Part shown: piece by piece, positions 24,876 to 40,457 of the stretch
Layout: the number at the start of each line of letters is the position of its first letter
Numbering within the stretch: position 1 is the first letter of the stretch
DNA from: the human T2T-CHM13v2.0 reference genome, Homo sapiens
Length of the DNA: 64,000 bases
NCBI RefSeq assembly: GCF_009914755.1
Contig: NC_060929.1
Direction: 5' to 3' (one strand)
Made by a program: the position numbers and the translations under genes
Notes under the pieces: generated by a model
What the model saw: the letters and a program-made list of their open reading frames with translations, nothing else
What the model was told of the DNA's origin: nothing
Database searches by the model: none

Positions 24876-27800
24876 AGTTGAGTCTTAACGGAATTTTTGA
24901 GAAATGTTTAAAATCTTATGAATTACTCTTTGTCACCCTAGTGTATTACTAAACTAGATTTGGAATAACTTATTAATTAGACTATTAAATTAATGTTAAT
25001 AACTAAATTTACATGAGAATAGAAAAGATAATTAAATGTCATTTTCATGTTAAAAATTCAGAATTTAAAAAAGTTTGTGTTGAAGTTTTATTTAGGTTGT
25101 TCAAGCTCAGTAAGGGTTTTACTTGTATATTTTTGATGCTGTTTTATTCTTGTTTTGCTTTTTTCAAAATGGTTTATTGTGTAATTAATTTTAATAGAAT
25201 CTAGACCAGATATTTTTAAAAAACATTTTTGTTTTTGCCTCCCAAAAAGAAGCTCATCTTGCTACTCAAATGCTTGAGTAAAGGTATACAAATCTTCATT
25301 ACATACTTGAGAATTAGCCTGGACCAGGGTAAGGAGAAAAAAATAATCTCTTTTTCTTTCCCCAAGAAAAAAATATTTTCAAGTGCTGCCTCCTTATTGC
25401 CTTTTCATATAAAATAATCTCTTTAATTTCACTAATTCCAGCATATTTTTGCTGGACTATTCTTTAGGAACAAGATCTAGGGAAAATAACTAATAAGACA
25501 GCTAACCCAATCAATCAGGAAAACTTATTAAATATAACTTATTAACTGTACTGTATTAACTGAAACTTTTAAAAAGGAGGCTTTGCTCCTACCCCCATAT
25601 CTTTGGCAAAAATCTCAGATAACTTACCAACAAAGAAAAACCCTGTCTATTGAGGCTGAGAAAGATGGGATATTTGAGGTAGAAAGCTTCCTTTCATTTG
25701 TGATGTCATTATGGTGGGCTCTTGGGATGTTACATTTTTTTTGCTGATGCATCCTACATATATTACTGTCAAGTTTGTAAAATTGTTTGGGATTTCATTG
25801 AAATCATATTGATAAAAATATTCCTTCCAGTGCTTCTAGAGAAGTCTTTGAAAGACCTGATATACCCAGGCAGGGGATATGTGTGACTTTTCCCTGTGTA
25901 TGTGTGTATATACATGTGTATATACACACATACACTGACAGTAAGTTCAGCTTATATTTCATAACAGTGTTGTATAGGGGATGGGGAATAACAGATCTTT
26001 GAGCTTCCCTTCCTACCTACAAAGGAACTAAGAAGCCTATAGAATTGAAGTGTGATCTTTATGAGATAGCAATATAAGTTCCTTACTATTTAGTTTTTTA
26101 AAAACAAAACTCAGATACTTTCCCCAGATGACTTTTTCCCCCATACATATTCTTCGTCATATGTTTAAATAAATTTCTTGGAATGCTGGCTGAGCTTTTG
26201 TACTTTTTTCCACCTTAATTAGTTCATCGAACTCTGTTCATCATTCTCTCAGTTGGAAATAAATGCAAATTTGGAAGGATAGATTGGCTAGGACAAGAAA
26301 TCAACAGGTAGCATCCTTGTTTGGGATGCTTTCCTGTTACGTTGACCTTTTAGAGAGACAATGATAAAAAGTCCTTTGTAAAGATGTTACATTGAATTTC
26401 TTGTATTCAGTAATAACTGTTGAATAAATAAGCAGTTTTGCTATTGGTGAGACAGAAATATTTCTATTATAGTAAAAATTTTAGAATTTACTCTAATTAG
26501 ATGCACTATCATAAAATTTTAAAATAAAATTTTTGATTATAAAAATAGAAAACATTTGATTATTTTTACTTCTTTAATAATTGTAAATTATTAGTATCAG
26601 TATATACAAAAAGTTAATTTTGTGTAGATTATGCGTTTGTTTTTAAAAGCAATATTCTTTTACCTCATAGTCGTGGGTGGGTCTTTAGATAAAATTGCTC
26701 TTTAAAACAATTTTTGGGAATACATTAAACCATTTTTTGAAATAAAATATATATGTTAAATATGATACAATATTATTTGTCATAGTTTGCATGAAAATTA
26801 AAAGACTTAGTTTACCAAAACTTCCATATATAGTCACAAACGGAATATATTTTAAAAGTTTAAAATGTTATTTAATACAAGTGGAAGAAGTAAGAATCAG
26901 AATGTAGACTTTCCTTGAGGTCTGTTTGGGACTTTTCAAGTTTTTTATTGTTGTTTTGTTTTGTTCTTTTAACCAACAGAATGAGTTTGGATAACATGAA
27001 ATAGAACTTTGAGCAGTAAGTTTTGGGTCTCCTCAGTGGTACGAAACAATAAAGGCTATGTTAAAAACCAGTTTTTACTTACTACAAAATTACCATACTT
27101 TGGCCCTACCTAGAATTTATATCAGCCTATAAAACTTCATATATGAATATTTGCCTTTCGTTTATTATTAATTCTGATTTTTCCAATTTATAAATTACTT
27201 TCTCATGAGGCATTGTGCATATTGTATTTTGAGAACCTTAAAAGTTAGTTCAGATTACTGTACCTTAACCGCAAAGTACTCTCTCTATCTGGAGCAGTTT
27301 AGTTCCTGTGTGCCATAAAAACAACAACAACAACATCAACAAGATTCTTACTTGTAATCAGAAAATGTGTGATTTAATCTACTATCAGCACATTTCAAGG
27401 AAATACAATCATCTCTTAAATTATCTCTGACTTGGTGTTAGCATTTGGCCTCTTAAAATAACAGAGAATTTGCTTTCTCTACCATGCTCATGGTTTATAA
27501 CCACTCCTTATCTTTGCCATGTGTTTGTAATTGCATGTTGGTGGTTTTCAGTGATGCTATTTCTCCTAGGGCTTTATCTACCATTGCTTTGTAGAAGCAG
27601 GGCCAGCCATGTGGCAGAGGTAATGGTTAAGGAAGTCAGGTGAGTGAAGATAAAGACAGAAAGGCACAGCAGCAAGGCAGCATCAAATAAAACCTGAGAT
27701 AGTACTCCTGGAATGTATGACACTGCTCAGAACCTCTGTGATCAAGAGTTAATTACATAAAAAAGAAATAACTCAACTTTTCATTTACATAAAAATTAAG

Positions 27801-28147
27801 TTATTTTGTGATACATTTCTGTTAATTCCCTCCTTTTCTTCATAATTTCTCTGGTTGATAATTTTAGTATATAGATTTATTTTAGGACATGGTGAATAAG
27901 ATTATCAGTGCTAACTCTAAATGCTAATATTGTGTCTACCTTTGTATGATAGATAAAACAAAGTGTTGAAGCATATGTATTTGTGGTAAACTTCAGCACC
28001 AGTACTTCAAAAGATATTTTAGGTTTATTGTATAACTTTTAATTGGTCAATTAAAGGGAGGAACATTTGTAAGAAGCCTTTATAGTTGCTATGAATTTTA
28101 TTAGAAAATAATCAGTATTTTCTCTAATTTAGTTTTTTTTTTTTTAA

Positions 28148-28429
<282 letters not shown>

Positions 28430-29314
28430 TAACGAATGGTTTGTGATAAATGCCTGCAACACTTGAAATTTAGCACTTAATTTTTTTCTGAATTTCTTAA
28501 ATACAGTGCTTCAAAATGTACTAACATTTAAATATGTTTAAGGAAACATGTATTTAGTAATATTTTAAATTAAAAATAATGTTTATAAAATCAAAGTATA
28601 TAGCTATTTAAAATATGTTGTTAAATTTGAACATTAAAGATATTTTGAATTAAAACTAAAAACAATGTGATTATTATAAATTTTTTTCTAGAGAAACTTA
28701 AGTTTATGAAACTTATACTTTTGAAATTGGAGCTTGGAATTGTTTTCAGAATGGTGCCATGAAAGATTTTTAAGAAATATTTTATTCAATAGTAATAATA
28801 AAATTTCTTAATGAATGGGATGATGGTTGAATTGGTTTTTATAGATAAGCTCTTGTTTATTGGCATTAATAATGAATAGAAATTAATGAAGAATTAAAAA
28901 TCTATTTACATTGATTATTCTAATGCTAATTTATTTTTTGAAATTTATTTAAGTATTGCTAAACTACTTTCTATGTTTGTTACATTTCTTTATTGAGCCT
29001 TAAACAGATGAAGAGTAATTTCAAAATTTAGCTTTACCCACTAAGGAATTTTAATGTTTTTGGCATATGAAAGAATTGATGCCTCTGTTTGTTTTCCATT
29101 CCCATCATTTCAAATGGCCTGCATTTTCAAGATTGCTATCCACAGGATTTCATTTTATGTTGAGAGACTAGGGTGATACTAATTGCCTTACAGAAATTGA
29201 ACCATGATCATTAGATGAACTTGAGGGCTTAGATAACTTAGTAACAGGTGTATGTACACAGACATGCACATGTGCACATACATCTCTTAATAAGTTTATA
29301 TATATATAAAACGT

Positions 29315-29392
29315 ATCTTTGAGCTGACATTCACATACCATACAATTAATCATTTTAAAATGTAGGATTCAGTGGCATTTAGTACATTTACA
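29315..29392 (-). mobile_element. L1M 3'-terminal fragment
   Basis: attcacataccatacaatt...ttttaaaatgta..attcagtggcatttagtacatt. Confidence 0.7.
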
Positions 29393-30727
29393 TCTCGTAG
29401 TTATAGCTAAATGAAAGTAGATACCATTCAAATAGGTTAAAAGGAATATATCCATTAAAGTATTTCCACTATCATAATGTTCACACTATTCGTTAATTTT
29501 TCGTAGTATTCAGACCTCAACTTGATAATCATATTTGCCCACATTCATACATCTAACCTACTGTTTTGGAAACTATGTTGTTTCTAATAATGTGTCATTT
29601 TTTATTTCCTTGGCAAACTCTTTTGTAATTTGTATATGCCTTTAAGTTATGAATTTAGATAACCTACCCTATTACAATTTGCGACCATATTGCCAATATT
29701 TATTACGTGGTATGAGAATTGTAGAAGGAAAGATTGTAGGTAAAGTATAAACTCGTTAACCACAACTTGTATGAATGTTTCATTTTATTTTCTAAGCTCT
29801 AAAAGTAACTATTTTTGAAATATGTATTATGTAAACCTGAAATATTTGTCTTATTATCACTTCTAGTTTAAATTGTAACTATAAGTATTTAAATTAGCGT
29901 TCTTAGAAACAAAAAGGAAAGGGTCAGTGTGCAAATTTTTGCTTGTTTTTAATATTGCCATTTTAAGTGGCTAAAATGAGCAATATAATATATGCTAAAA
30001 ATAAGAGGTTACGAGTTCACATTTGATAGTTTTATCTGGTTTCCTTCTGTCACTGAAATTTTTCAAATATCTCTGTTAAAGATGAGAACATTTATTTTTC
30101 ACTAAATGCCTCAGGTTTTCTGCTGCCTAATTTTATTCTAGTGAGTTTTTGCTGTATAGTGTTGAGCTCCTGAAGCAGTTGTAAACAGTTTAAGATGATA
30201 TAGACAGTTTTAATTCTTTTTCATTTTGTGCAGGTGAATCTTCCATGAGCTAAAATTATCCTATTAATTGCCTCATATACCTGTTGACTAGAAGGGGTCA
30301 ATAAATGGGGAAATTCATTAACAGATATTTAATGAGTGCCTACTGTATTCTAATGAAGGAGTTTATATTATACGAGCTGTAAGTAAATGAGTCAACAAGT
30401 GTTCCAATAGAAGAGGTTATAAAGTAATACAAGATTTTAGAGGAGTTAAAAATATTAAATAGTTGATCAATAAAAAGAGCACTGAATTTGGAGTTAGAAC
30501 ACTTGGCTTTCAGTCCTAGCTCTGTCTTTACTTGTTCTGTGGTTTAGGAAATAAAGGGGGTTAATATCTTAAAGAGTTTTTGCGAGAATCAAATCAGTGA
30601 ATACATACTTTGCAGGACGTGAAATTAAATAAACCAATAAGGCAGCATAGAAATGAATACTGGAAAGCTCATGTACTCATGCATTCATGCATTCAAGACA
30701 TTGAATACAACATTTAATACAAAGTAT

Positions 30728-31140
30728 AAATAGACATTTCTCCAAAAAGTTGTACAAATGGCCAGTAGGTATTATGAAAAAATGCTCAGTATCACTGATC
30801 ATCAGAGAAGTACAAATCAAAACCACAATAAAACATCATTTTATCCCAGTAGAATGGCTATTATTAAAAACACAAAAAAATAATAAATGCAGGCAAGGAT
30901 GTGGAGAAAAGGGAACTCTTACACACTGTTGATGGGAATGTAAATTAGTAAATTCATTATGGAAATCAGTATGGAGATTTCTCAAAAAGCTATGATAGAA
31001 CTGCCATATGATCTAGCAATCCCACTACTGGGTATTTATCCAAAGGAAAATAAATCAGTATACCAAAGGGATACCTGTACTCCCATGCTTATTGCAGTAC
31101 TATTCACAGTAGCAAAGATAAGGAATCAATCTGTGTCCAT
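30728..31140 (+). mobile_element. L1 (L1MA/L1PB age) ORF2 C-terminal fragment
   Basis: ORF remnants SLIIREVQIKTT and [18 protein letters not shown]. Confidence 0.9.
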
Positions 31141-32484
31141 TAACATTTATTATTTGTCTGGTGATTTGACAATTGAATGTGTGCCAGTACATGTACCATA
31201 TACTGGGTAAAGTGGTTTGCATGTTAATAGTTATTCAACTCTTTTACTCTGTGAGGAGGTACAAATATTATCTCTGTTTCACTAAGGAATAAGCTGAGAC
31301 ACTGAGAGATCTTTCTCAGTGTTTTGCACACCTAGAAACATATATTATTAGAAATAGGTTAGTACCTTCAGTGTGAAATATTCTTAAGGATCAGTGCTAA
31401 TATATCATAGGAGGTCTGCCTACTATGTACAAAAGTTCTTTAGGCAGTGAATTAACAACTGCTTTGAACTGATTCAAACACTAACTGCCCTTGAGTTGAT
31501 TTATTCTCCATAGTTAAGTGTTAAAGTAAACTAATGCGTGTTTGTTCATTACTCAATGAAACAAATATTCATTTAAAAAGTTTTATATAAATTAAATTTT
31601 GATACATTCAATCTTTTTTATTTTATAGTATGGAAAAAGAGCTTTGAGTTTTTAAACTTTCAGCTGGGAAAGTAATCTTCCAGTAATGCAAGTAATGTCA
31701 GAATTTAGTCAGTTTCGAAAGTTCTTATTTCTTCACAGCATTTTCTTAAAATGGGGGTACTCCCATATCTGTATTTGTATATATCTTCCTGGGTATGAGA
31801 ACTAGCAGTTGGAAGCTTTTGTTACATTGCATTGCAATGCTTCTTGCTTTGAAAAATATGGCCAATAGGGTATTTTTGATTTGCCAGGTTTATTGCTATC
31901 AATTTATCCATATGACAACCTACTCATAGGCCAATTTGAAATATGAAAACAAGAGAAAAGCGGTCTTGGAGGAGTTTGAGGAAAATTGCACCTTACCTGG
32001 TGATATGCAATTAAAAAATGCTAAGATTTGAGCGTGTTGATATCTACAGTTTTGTCACTGTTGCATTTTATTTCTTTATCCAAGATGTGTGAATGAGTGT
32101 TTTTGGTAATTAATAATAAATGAATACTCCACTACAGAAAGCAAACTAATACTGTATCAGCAGATAGAAAATAAATGATCAGATGTATTAAAATATTTAC
32201 CATCAGATTGGATATCTTTCCTTATATTTTTGACATTTTTGATATTGAAAGTTTTATCAAATGGAACACATATGTAGACATATGTAAACATGTATCTTGT
32301 CCAGTAACTCAGGTGTATCCCATGCTTTGTTTCCTTTGGTTAGCATTTTAGCAAAATGCATTTCAGGTCTGTTTGTTAGATTTTTTATTTTTCAACAATT
32401 TGAATTAGATTTAAACATTGTGAAAATTGATTTATCTGTCACAAGGTAGAATTTTAAAACATGTCAGAGTTTTATTTATCTATT

Positions 32485-32832
<348 letters not shown>

Positions 32833-34323
32833 TAACATTTCCAACAGTAAATAAAATTCTTAGGTTATATGCTAGTAGTTCAGAAAAAAAGTTTTGTTTT
32901 TGTTTTTCTAGCTTTTATTACTAATGCAATTGAAACATGAAACTTCCTTGATTTTATTAAGATGAGCTGCTTTCTTATTCAGTATTTGCTAGTATACAGA
33001 TGGCTTGGTTTTTTTTCCCCTTTCCTAGTTTTTCTTCAGACTTGAGGCTTTTCTTCACTTTATAAGGTTCATACTTTGAAAGGTTCAGGTTATAACAGAT
33101 TCTAAGTTGTATAAGTCAAAGAAAATGTCTAGCAGTTAGGAATAAATTAGGGTTTTAATTTGGGATGTTACATTTACAATGTATTATAAGATATTGGAAC
33201 TATTAAAAATTAGTCTACTCTTCACAGAAGCAGTAAATCAGAAACTTATCTATGTGGAGCAAGGTGGTTGGATAAGAGATTGTCTTAGGTCATTTTTACC
33301 TCTATGATCTATCACAGAAAACACTACTTACATGTGCTTTACAAGATTTGTTCAATAAAGTATGGGTATGTGGAAGTTTTGTGTTTTAAAGGTAAAATCT
33401 TTGGGACTTAAACTGAAGTGGAATAATGGAACTGGCTTAGTTTCTGATCACTTTTGATGTTTCAGGAGTTGGGTTGGTATTGGCAAGAGCTCTTTCCTTT
33501 CAGGACTGTCTAATATGAAGAACAGCGTAGAAATAGGAAAGCCACACAACTTGGTAGATTAATATTTGTTGATATGACTTTTATACATTTAGGGATTGCT
33601 TTTAATTTGAAGTAAGTGCCAGTTCCAAGAATGCTGGTACCTAGTCTGGATTTAGTGATTTGGAAATTTAAAAAACAAGTATTTTATTTCCTTTTGTTAA
33701 TCTGGGATATAATATCTATATTTGTACTTTTATTGTACTACTGAGTCTTCACTGAGAGGGTGACCTTTAATATTTCTCTCACAGAAGATTTTAACAGTTG
33801 TTTGTTAAACATTCTAATTCTCTGGTTAAGGAACTGGCTTTCTTGAACAGTTTTCTATAATTATGAAATTGGCTCATTCTTTGTTAAATTTTTTTATTCA
33901 TTTTCTACCCTTAATTACCAAAACCATAAAAAATTCTTCTTCAGCCTGAAATAGGTTGTCACATTTTTTCTATAGCAAAATATATATATATATAAATCTT
34001 TCAATATTTCCTCCTTCATCTGTAAATGAATGCTGTTATAGAATTCTAAGATATTTTCTCTTTAGTCAAAGCAATCTATTCTCATGGCTTTATTTACTAT
34101 TTATATATCAACAATTTGCAAATTTATATTTATAACTCAGATTTCTATTTTCCAAAACTGAAATTGTTCAAATTTCCACCTCAAACTGTGCTTATCACCT
34201 TTAACTTCAAAATTTGTTGTTTCTTTTTAAACAAGTGATGCCACCAAATACCCAGCTTCTCAAGTCATAAATTGAGGGGTCTTCTTTGACATCTCTTTCT
34301 TTTACATCACTGCCCTCCCTCTA

Positions 34324-34525
<202 letters not shown>

Positions 34526-35774
34526 AGTGTTTTGTATGCTTAATTATTCATGTGGAAGTATGAACATCAATTCCAGTATATATCAGTATGAATAAAATTC
34601 AGTGCAGGAAGATATTTTTTATCCAGATTAGGTTAACAAAATATACAAATAGGATTTCAGAGATACTGATGTCCCATTTCACAAGTCAACCAAATGTTTG
34701 CATTGTCTACAGGCTTAGCCAGGTCTAAATTGGGAGACCAAATCTATAAAAGAAAGAAATAACAACGCAGGTATGAGTTTGACTAGGAATACAAAATTTC
34801 AAATAAAGCTATACCCCTTATAATATAAAATTTGCTATAAAACTTTGATAATAGATTAGATTCTCTGGACTATTACATGGTTAATTATTGTTTTTCCAAC
34901 CCCCAACACTTTGGAATTGATTATCTCACCATCTGATAGAACTAGCTATGAAAACAAATATATACTGGATGCTGTAGAAATTAAATCGTTATATGTGATT
35001 TTTTATATGAGGTAGAAATTTAAAGTTTATCTGGGTATTAACCTAATCTAAAGTACTGGTATTTGAAATATGCAAATCATTATCTCAGTTTGTTGCAAAT
35101 ATTATACACTGATTTAAAGGTTCATGTTGCTCTTTTAAAAGAAAATCACAAAGCAGAAGCTTTGAGTTAGATAATTTTCAACTATGAGTACATAACAAAT
35201 TGATATGGATTTGTTATGGTGGTAGTATCTGTTACTTATCTTCCTTTGAATTATTTGTACTCTTATAACTGAATCTATTTCTTGATTTAATTTGTGTGAA
35301 AAGTAAATGTCTTTGATTATATAATGTGCTGTAAAATATTTAATTTCTGTCTTGCTAGACTTCATTTTTAGCCTAAAGAATTCCACTTTAGTTCATTGTA
35401 ATTTCTATTTCCCATTTATTTCTCTTCCCATTTATCTCTGCTCCTACCCATAAAAATATGTTTATCATCATAATGCCTAACTTGAGGACAGAATGGCCAA
35501 AGTAATCTCTTCCTTACCTTCACATTTTTATGCACATTCACTCAGAGGTACCGAAAACTAGACAGGATTAAATTGTTTAACTTTCTCACTTTATGAAAAC
35601 TAGTGGGTGCCTGAGCCACCCATCCCTCTCCCTGATTTTTCCTGCACTGCCTTCAGAGCTTGTGTAAACATATGGAAGATGGAAGAAATTTTTGTAAAGA
35701 GGGGTTATTAATCACCCGTTATCATCATTCTTACATTAGCAAACAAGTTGGACATGTATATGACCTGTTCTTTA

Positions 35775-36075
35775 CTTAATTCAGTTTCTACTCAAATGTC
35801 ACTTCATCAGGGAGGCCTTGTCTGACTACCATGTATAAAATAACACATCAAGCCCTTTTGCTCCCCCTTCTTCTGCCTTTATTTCTCTTTGTCATGCTAA
35901 CATTTAAGTGACATTATATTATATGATGTATTTTTAATCATTTGTCTCTCCCAAGTAAAATAACTTCAATAGGGTCACAGTTGTATTTAACAATTAGTGT
36001 AGTGTATTTCCAGTGTCTCGAAGAGTGCTGACCCAGGGTAACATTCAATAAATATTTGTTAGAGGATTGAATTCA
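35775..36075 (+). mobile_element. LINE-2 3' end
   Basis: ctcaaatgtcacttcatcagggaggcctt...ttcaataaatatttgtt. Confidence 0.75.
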
Positions 36076-36700
36076 CTGAGCAATGGCTAGGAGCCCAGGT
36101 AATTGCTGACCTTTTTATACACATTATCTCATTTAACCTCACATATTCCTATAAAATATTAATAAGAATTGTTGTTAATCTCATATAATATTATTGTTGC
36201 TGTTATTGCTATAAAATATTATGAATGAAGAGCTAAAGATTAAAATGGTAAATGAATTCCCCAAGAAAACAGAACTGGTTAAGAGGCAGATCTGGAGTTT
36301 GAGCCCACATTCTTAACCACTATATATTTTTCCAGATTGTAGAGTCTAAGTTTTAGAGGCTAAAATAAACTGTTTAATTAATATGAATGTGAGTTTAAGG
36401 AAGAGGAAATCTCTTTCATTCTATAAAATATTAACTTGAACAAGATTTTAATATATCAAAAACTATTTGTTTCTATAAAAGAAAAATTACTGAACAGCAA
36501 TATTGGGTAGGGAAAGCTAGGATTTGAGCTAAAATATAGGGATTGGTCAAATATATTTAAGAAAGACATCTAGTTTAACATTTAAATGACACTTTTGGAA
36601 GATATTTGCTTTGTTAAGTTTAATATTTCTTCATATTTAGATGTTTTTAAGTAAGAAATCGCTTTCTGAATCGAAGGTAAAGCAAAAACATTTATGATTA

Positions 36701-37045
<345 letters not shown>

Positions 37046-37549
37046 TTAATTTGAACCTTAGACAACCAGCTTAAATTAAGTAATTGTAATTGTAGCTTTT
37101 TACCAGAATGTCATATAGATTGTCAGAATATTAGAGTTAGATTTGTGAGAGGAGAGTAAGTCTGTGTCTGAAACTACTGACTTGTCCTGGGGAGACAGGT
37201 TCATGGCAGCAACATTCATGATTATCAGACACTGCAAAGGACAGTTTTTAAGAGAAGAAACTGCACTTTAAGCGCTGTTTACATTGTTAGTTTTAGATGA
37301 TGTAAAGACCATTTTATCTTACATCTGATATAGCTTGCCTTTTCCAATATTACTGTTTAGTAATTTTCATTTTATAGAGGCTTATAATATAGTTTTTGAT
37401 ATGTTGATGTCTTACCAATTCATCATTTTATGAAATCAGTCTTCCTTTTCCTTAAGTCTATATCCATGTTCTTCAATTCATTAAGAGCTATTGTGTAATT
37501 TTTAAAATAATTTAATTTTTTAAGAAAGGAATGAAAAATATATGTGATT

Positions 37550-38035
37550 CAGTATTCATTTAGTAAATATTTACTTAGTACTCACTCTGTGCTATGTTCT
37601 TTATTATGTTAGAGCGAATAAATGTTATGAAAATGAAGTAGGGTAAGGAGATAATGAAGTTCTAGACTGTGTTGAGGACAGTGTTTAGGTAGTGTGTGTG
37701 TATGTGCATAGAGAGGGCTAATTTTTTAAATATTATCAAAGAAAGCCTCCTAATGAATTTTGGACAGAGACGTAAATGGAAACAGGGAGTTATCTGTGTG
37801 GTTGTATAAAGGGGTAATGGTGAAAGTGTTCAGCAGTTAGTACAGCATGTGTACCAACCTATCAGAACAGATGCCAGCAGCAAACAATTCGAAGAGCCGT
37901 AGAGGTGTTTACTGACTGTCTATTCTCCTTGTGTACCTGGGGAAGAGTGTTTGCTGGTGTGATTGAAGAACTACAGAGGTTAGTATGGCTGAAGCAGAGT
38001 GGTCAAAAGGGAGAGTGATGGGAGATGAGCGCAGA
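37550..38035 (-). mobile_element. LINE-2 3' remnant
   Basis: ttcatttagtaaatatttacttagtactcactctgtgc...gtatggctgaagcagagtg. Confidence 0.6.
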
Positions 38036-39528
38036 TTTGGATTAATTTAATAATTAATACATATCATCTTAAAAGGCCAGTTTTTCTTTGTATAATTTAA
38101 GAAATTCACATCATTTGAGTAGAAATTCAGCATAAAATTTTACAAGTTTTCATAGTGGGTCTCTTGAAACAAAAGATTTATGTTTAATACTGGTAGTGAA
38201 TTTCAAGGGAGTATATTTAGTAGAATAGGCCATCCAAATAAATTACAGTAAATTCCATGTTTTTATTTCTAAGAACTTTTTTCCCAGTAACATTATTTTT
38301 GGAGGCATCTAGTTAGCTGTGCTTTTGCAGTTAATCATTTTATGCTGTCACTTGTATGGGCTTTTCAAAAATTGCTGTGTGTCGAACATTTGAAAAGACA
38401 TAAGAGTGATCTTTATTTTTAGCTCTTTAAAATTAGATAATTAAATATCAAATTGGATTTCCAGGCATGGAAACTCACAGTTTGAAAAAAACGTTCTGAA
38501 CTGGAATACTCACTGTTAAGGTTTCTATTTAATTGGCTTTTTTAAATCAATTAATTAGGTCTATTGAGAGTGAAGAGCACAAAAAAATTACAAAATGTTC
38601 TTTTTAGGAAATTTATCAGGAATATATAAATCTCCATGTCGGTCTTGGATTTGAGCACAGAGAATCCATTTTTAAATCCCAGTTTTCACTATTATCAGCC
38701 ACATCTTCTTAGGCAAGCCAGCCTTCTAACTTCATCTGTGGCCTACAATAACCTCACTTGTTATAAAAATCATGTGTGAAAATCTCTGTAGTTATATGGT
38801 GGAAACTGCAAAATAGCGTATAGTTTTTGTTTGAAAGCATTTTTCGCAGGACAGATAAATAATTAACAGAAGGAAAATTTGGAGCATTTTAAATTGTGAA
38901 AGAAGGAAAAAAAACACTTGAGTACTGTTGAGAATACTCTACCTCTATTATTTTATTAAATCTTTTCAACAACTGTGAATTTGATTATTAATATTATCCC
39001 CATTATTAGGTAAGGAAACTCAGACATTATAATTTACCCTAAATCAAATTTACTGTAAGTTTCAGAGTTGTTACCTGAAAGGGATTCTGTTCTATTCATC
39101 ATCTTTTAATTACAACTCCAGCTAGCATAAATCATAATCTCTACTATCTGATTAATGTCAATAGCTTAACAAAAATTTTTTCTATACTCCAATATTTTAG
39201 CACCAGGATATAAGTGAACTTAACAGCTATGTCCCCAACCCACATGAAAGTCTAGCAGAGACTATAAGCGTGTTGTGCTAAGGGAAATACAGGGTGATAT
39301 TTGACTATATAGTCACTACTTAGTATAGTCTGCAAAGTTAAATTAAGATTGGACTTTAGGCTTGATCTACTTAATAATATAAAAGAACCCTACCATGGTA
39401 CATATATTTAATAACACCCAGACTGATTTTTAAAACTCTCATCCTCTACCAGCAGATATTTTGAGGAAAAGCAATGCTAGTATCAAAAAAGTAATAGACT
39501 TTAGAAACCACTGATGTTCCATAAATGA

Positions 39529-40117
<589 letters not shown>

Positions 40118-40457
40118 AAGTATTTATTATACTTTCTATATGCATGGACTTTGGAAAGCATTTCTACAAATGTACTTTTGTAGAAATGTACAACAAAATG
40201 TACAATATTTCTGATATGAACATGGATGTATAATGTATAATTCTCCCCTCCCCCATTTCTTGTTGGAAGCCATAGAACAGTAACAAAGAGTAACATACAC
40301 AGTAACATTGAACAAACATAGAACAAACAAAGCCATAGAACAAAAACAACAAAAATTGGAAAACTCGTAAACTGCATTTTTCATGAAACAGGGACTTCAG
40401 AGTATATCATAAAGTAGCCCAAAGCACCTTATGACACATGATTTTTCTCAGTCACTT

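Noticed and set aside
40265-40356. Three overlapping minus-strand ORFs and the repeated aagccatagaaca motif
   Set aside because: Degenerate A/C-rich local duplication; low complexity explains the open frames.
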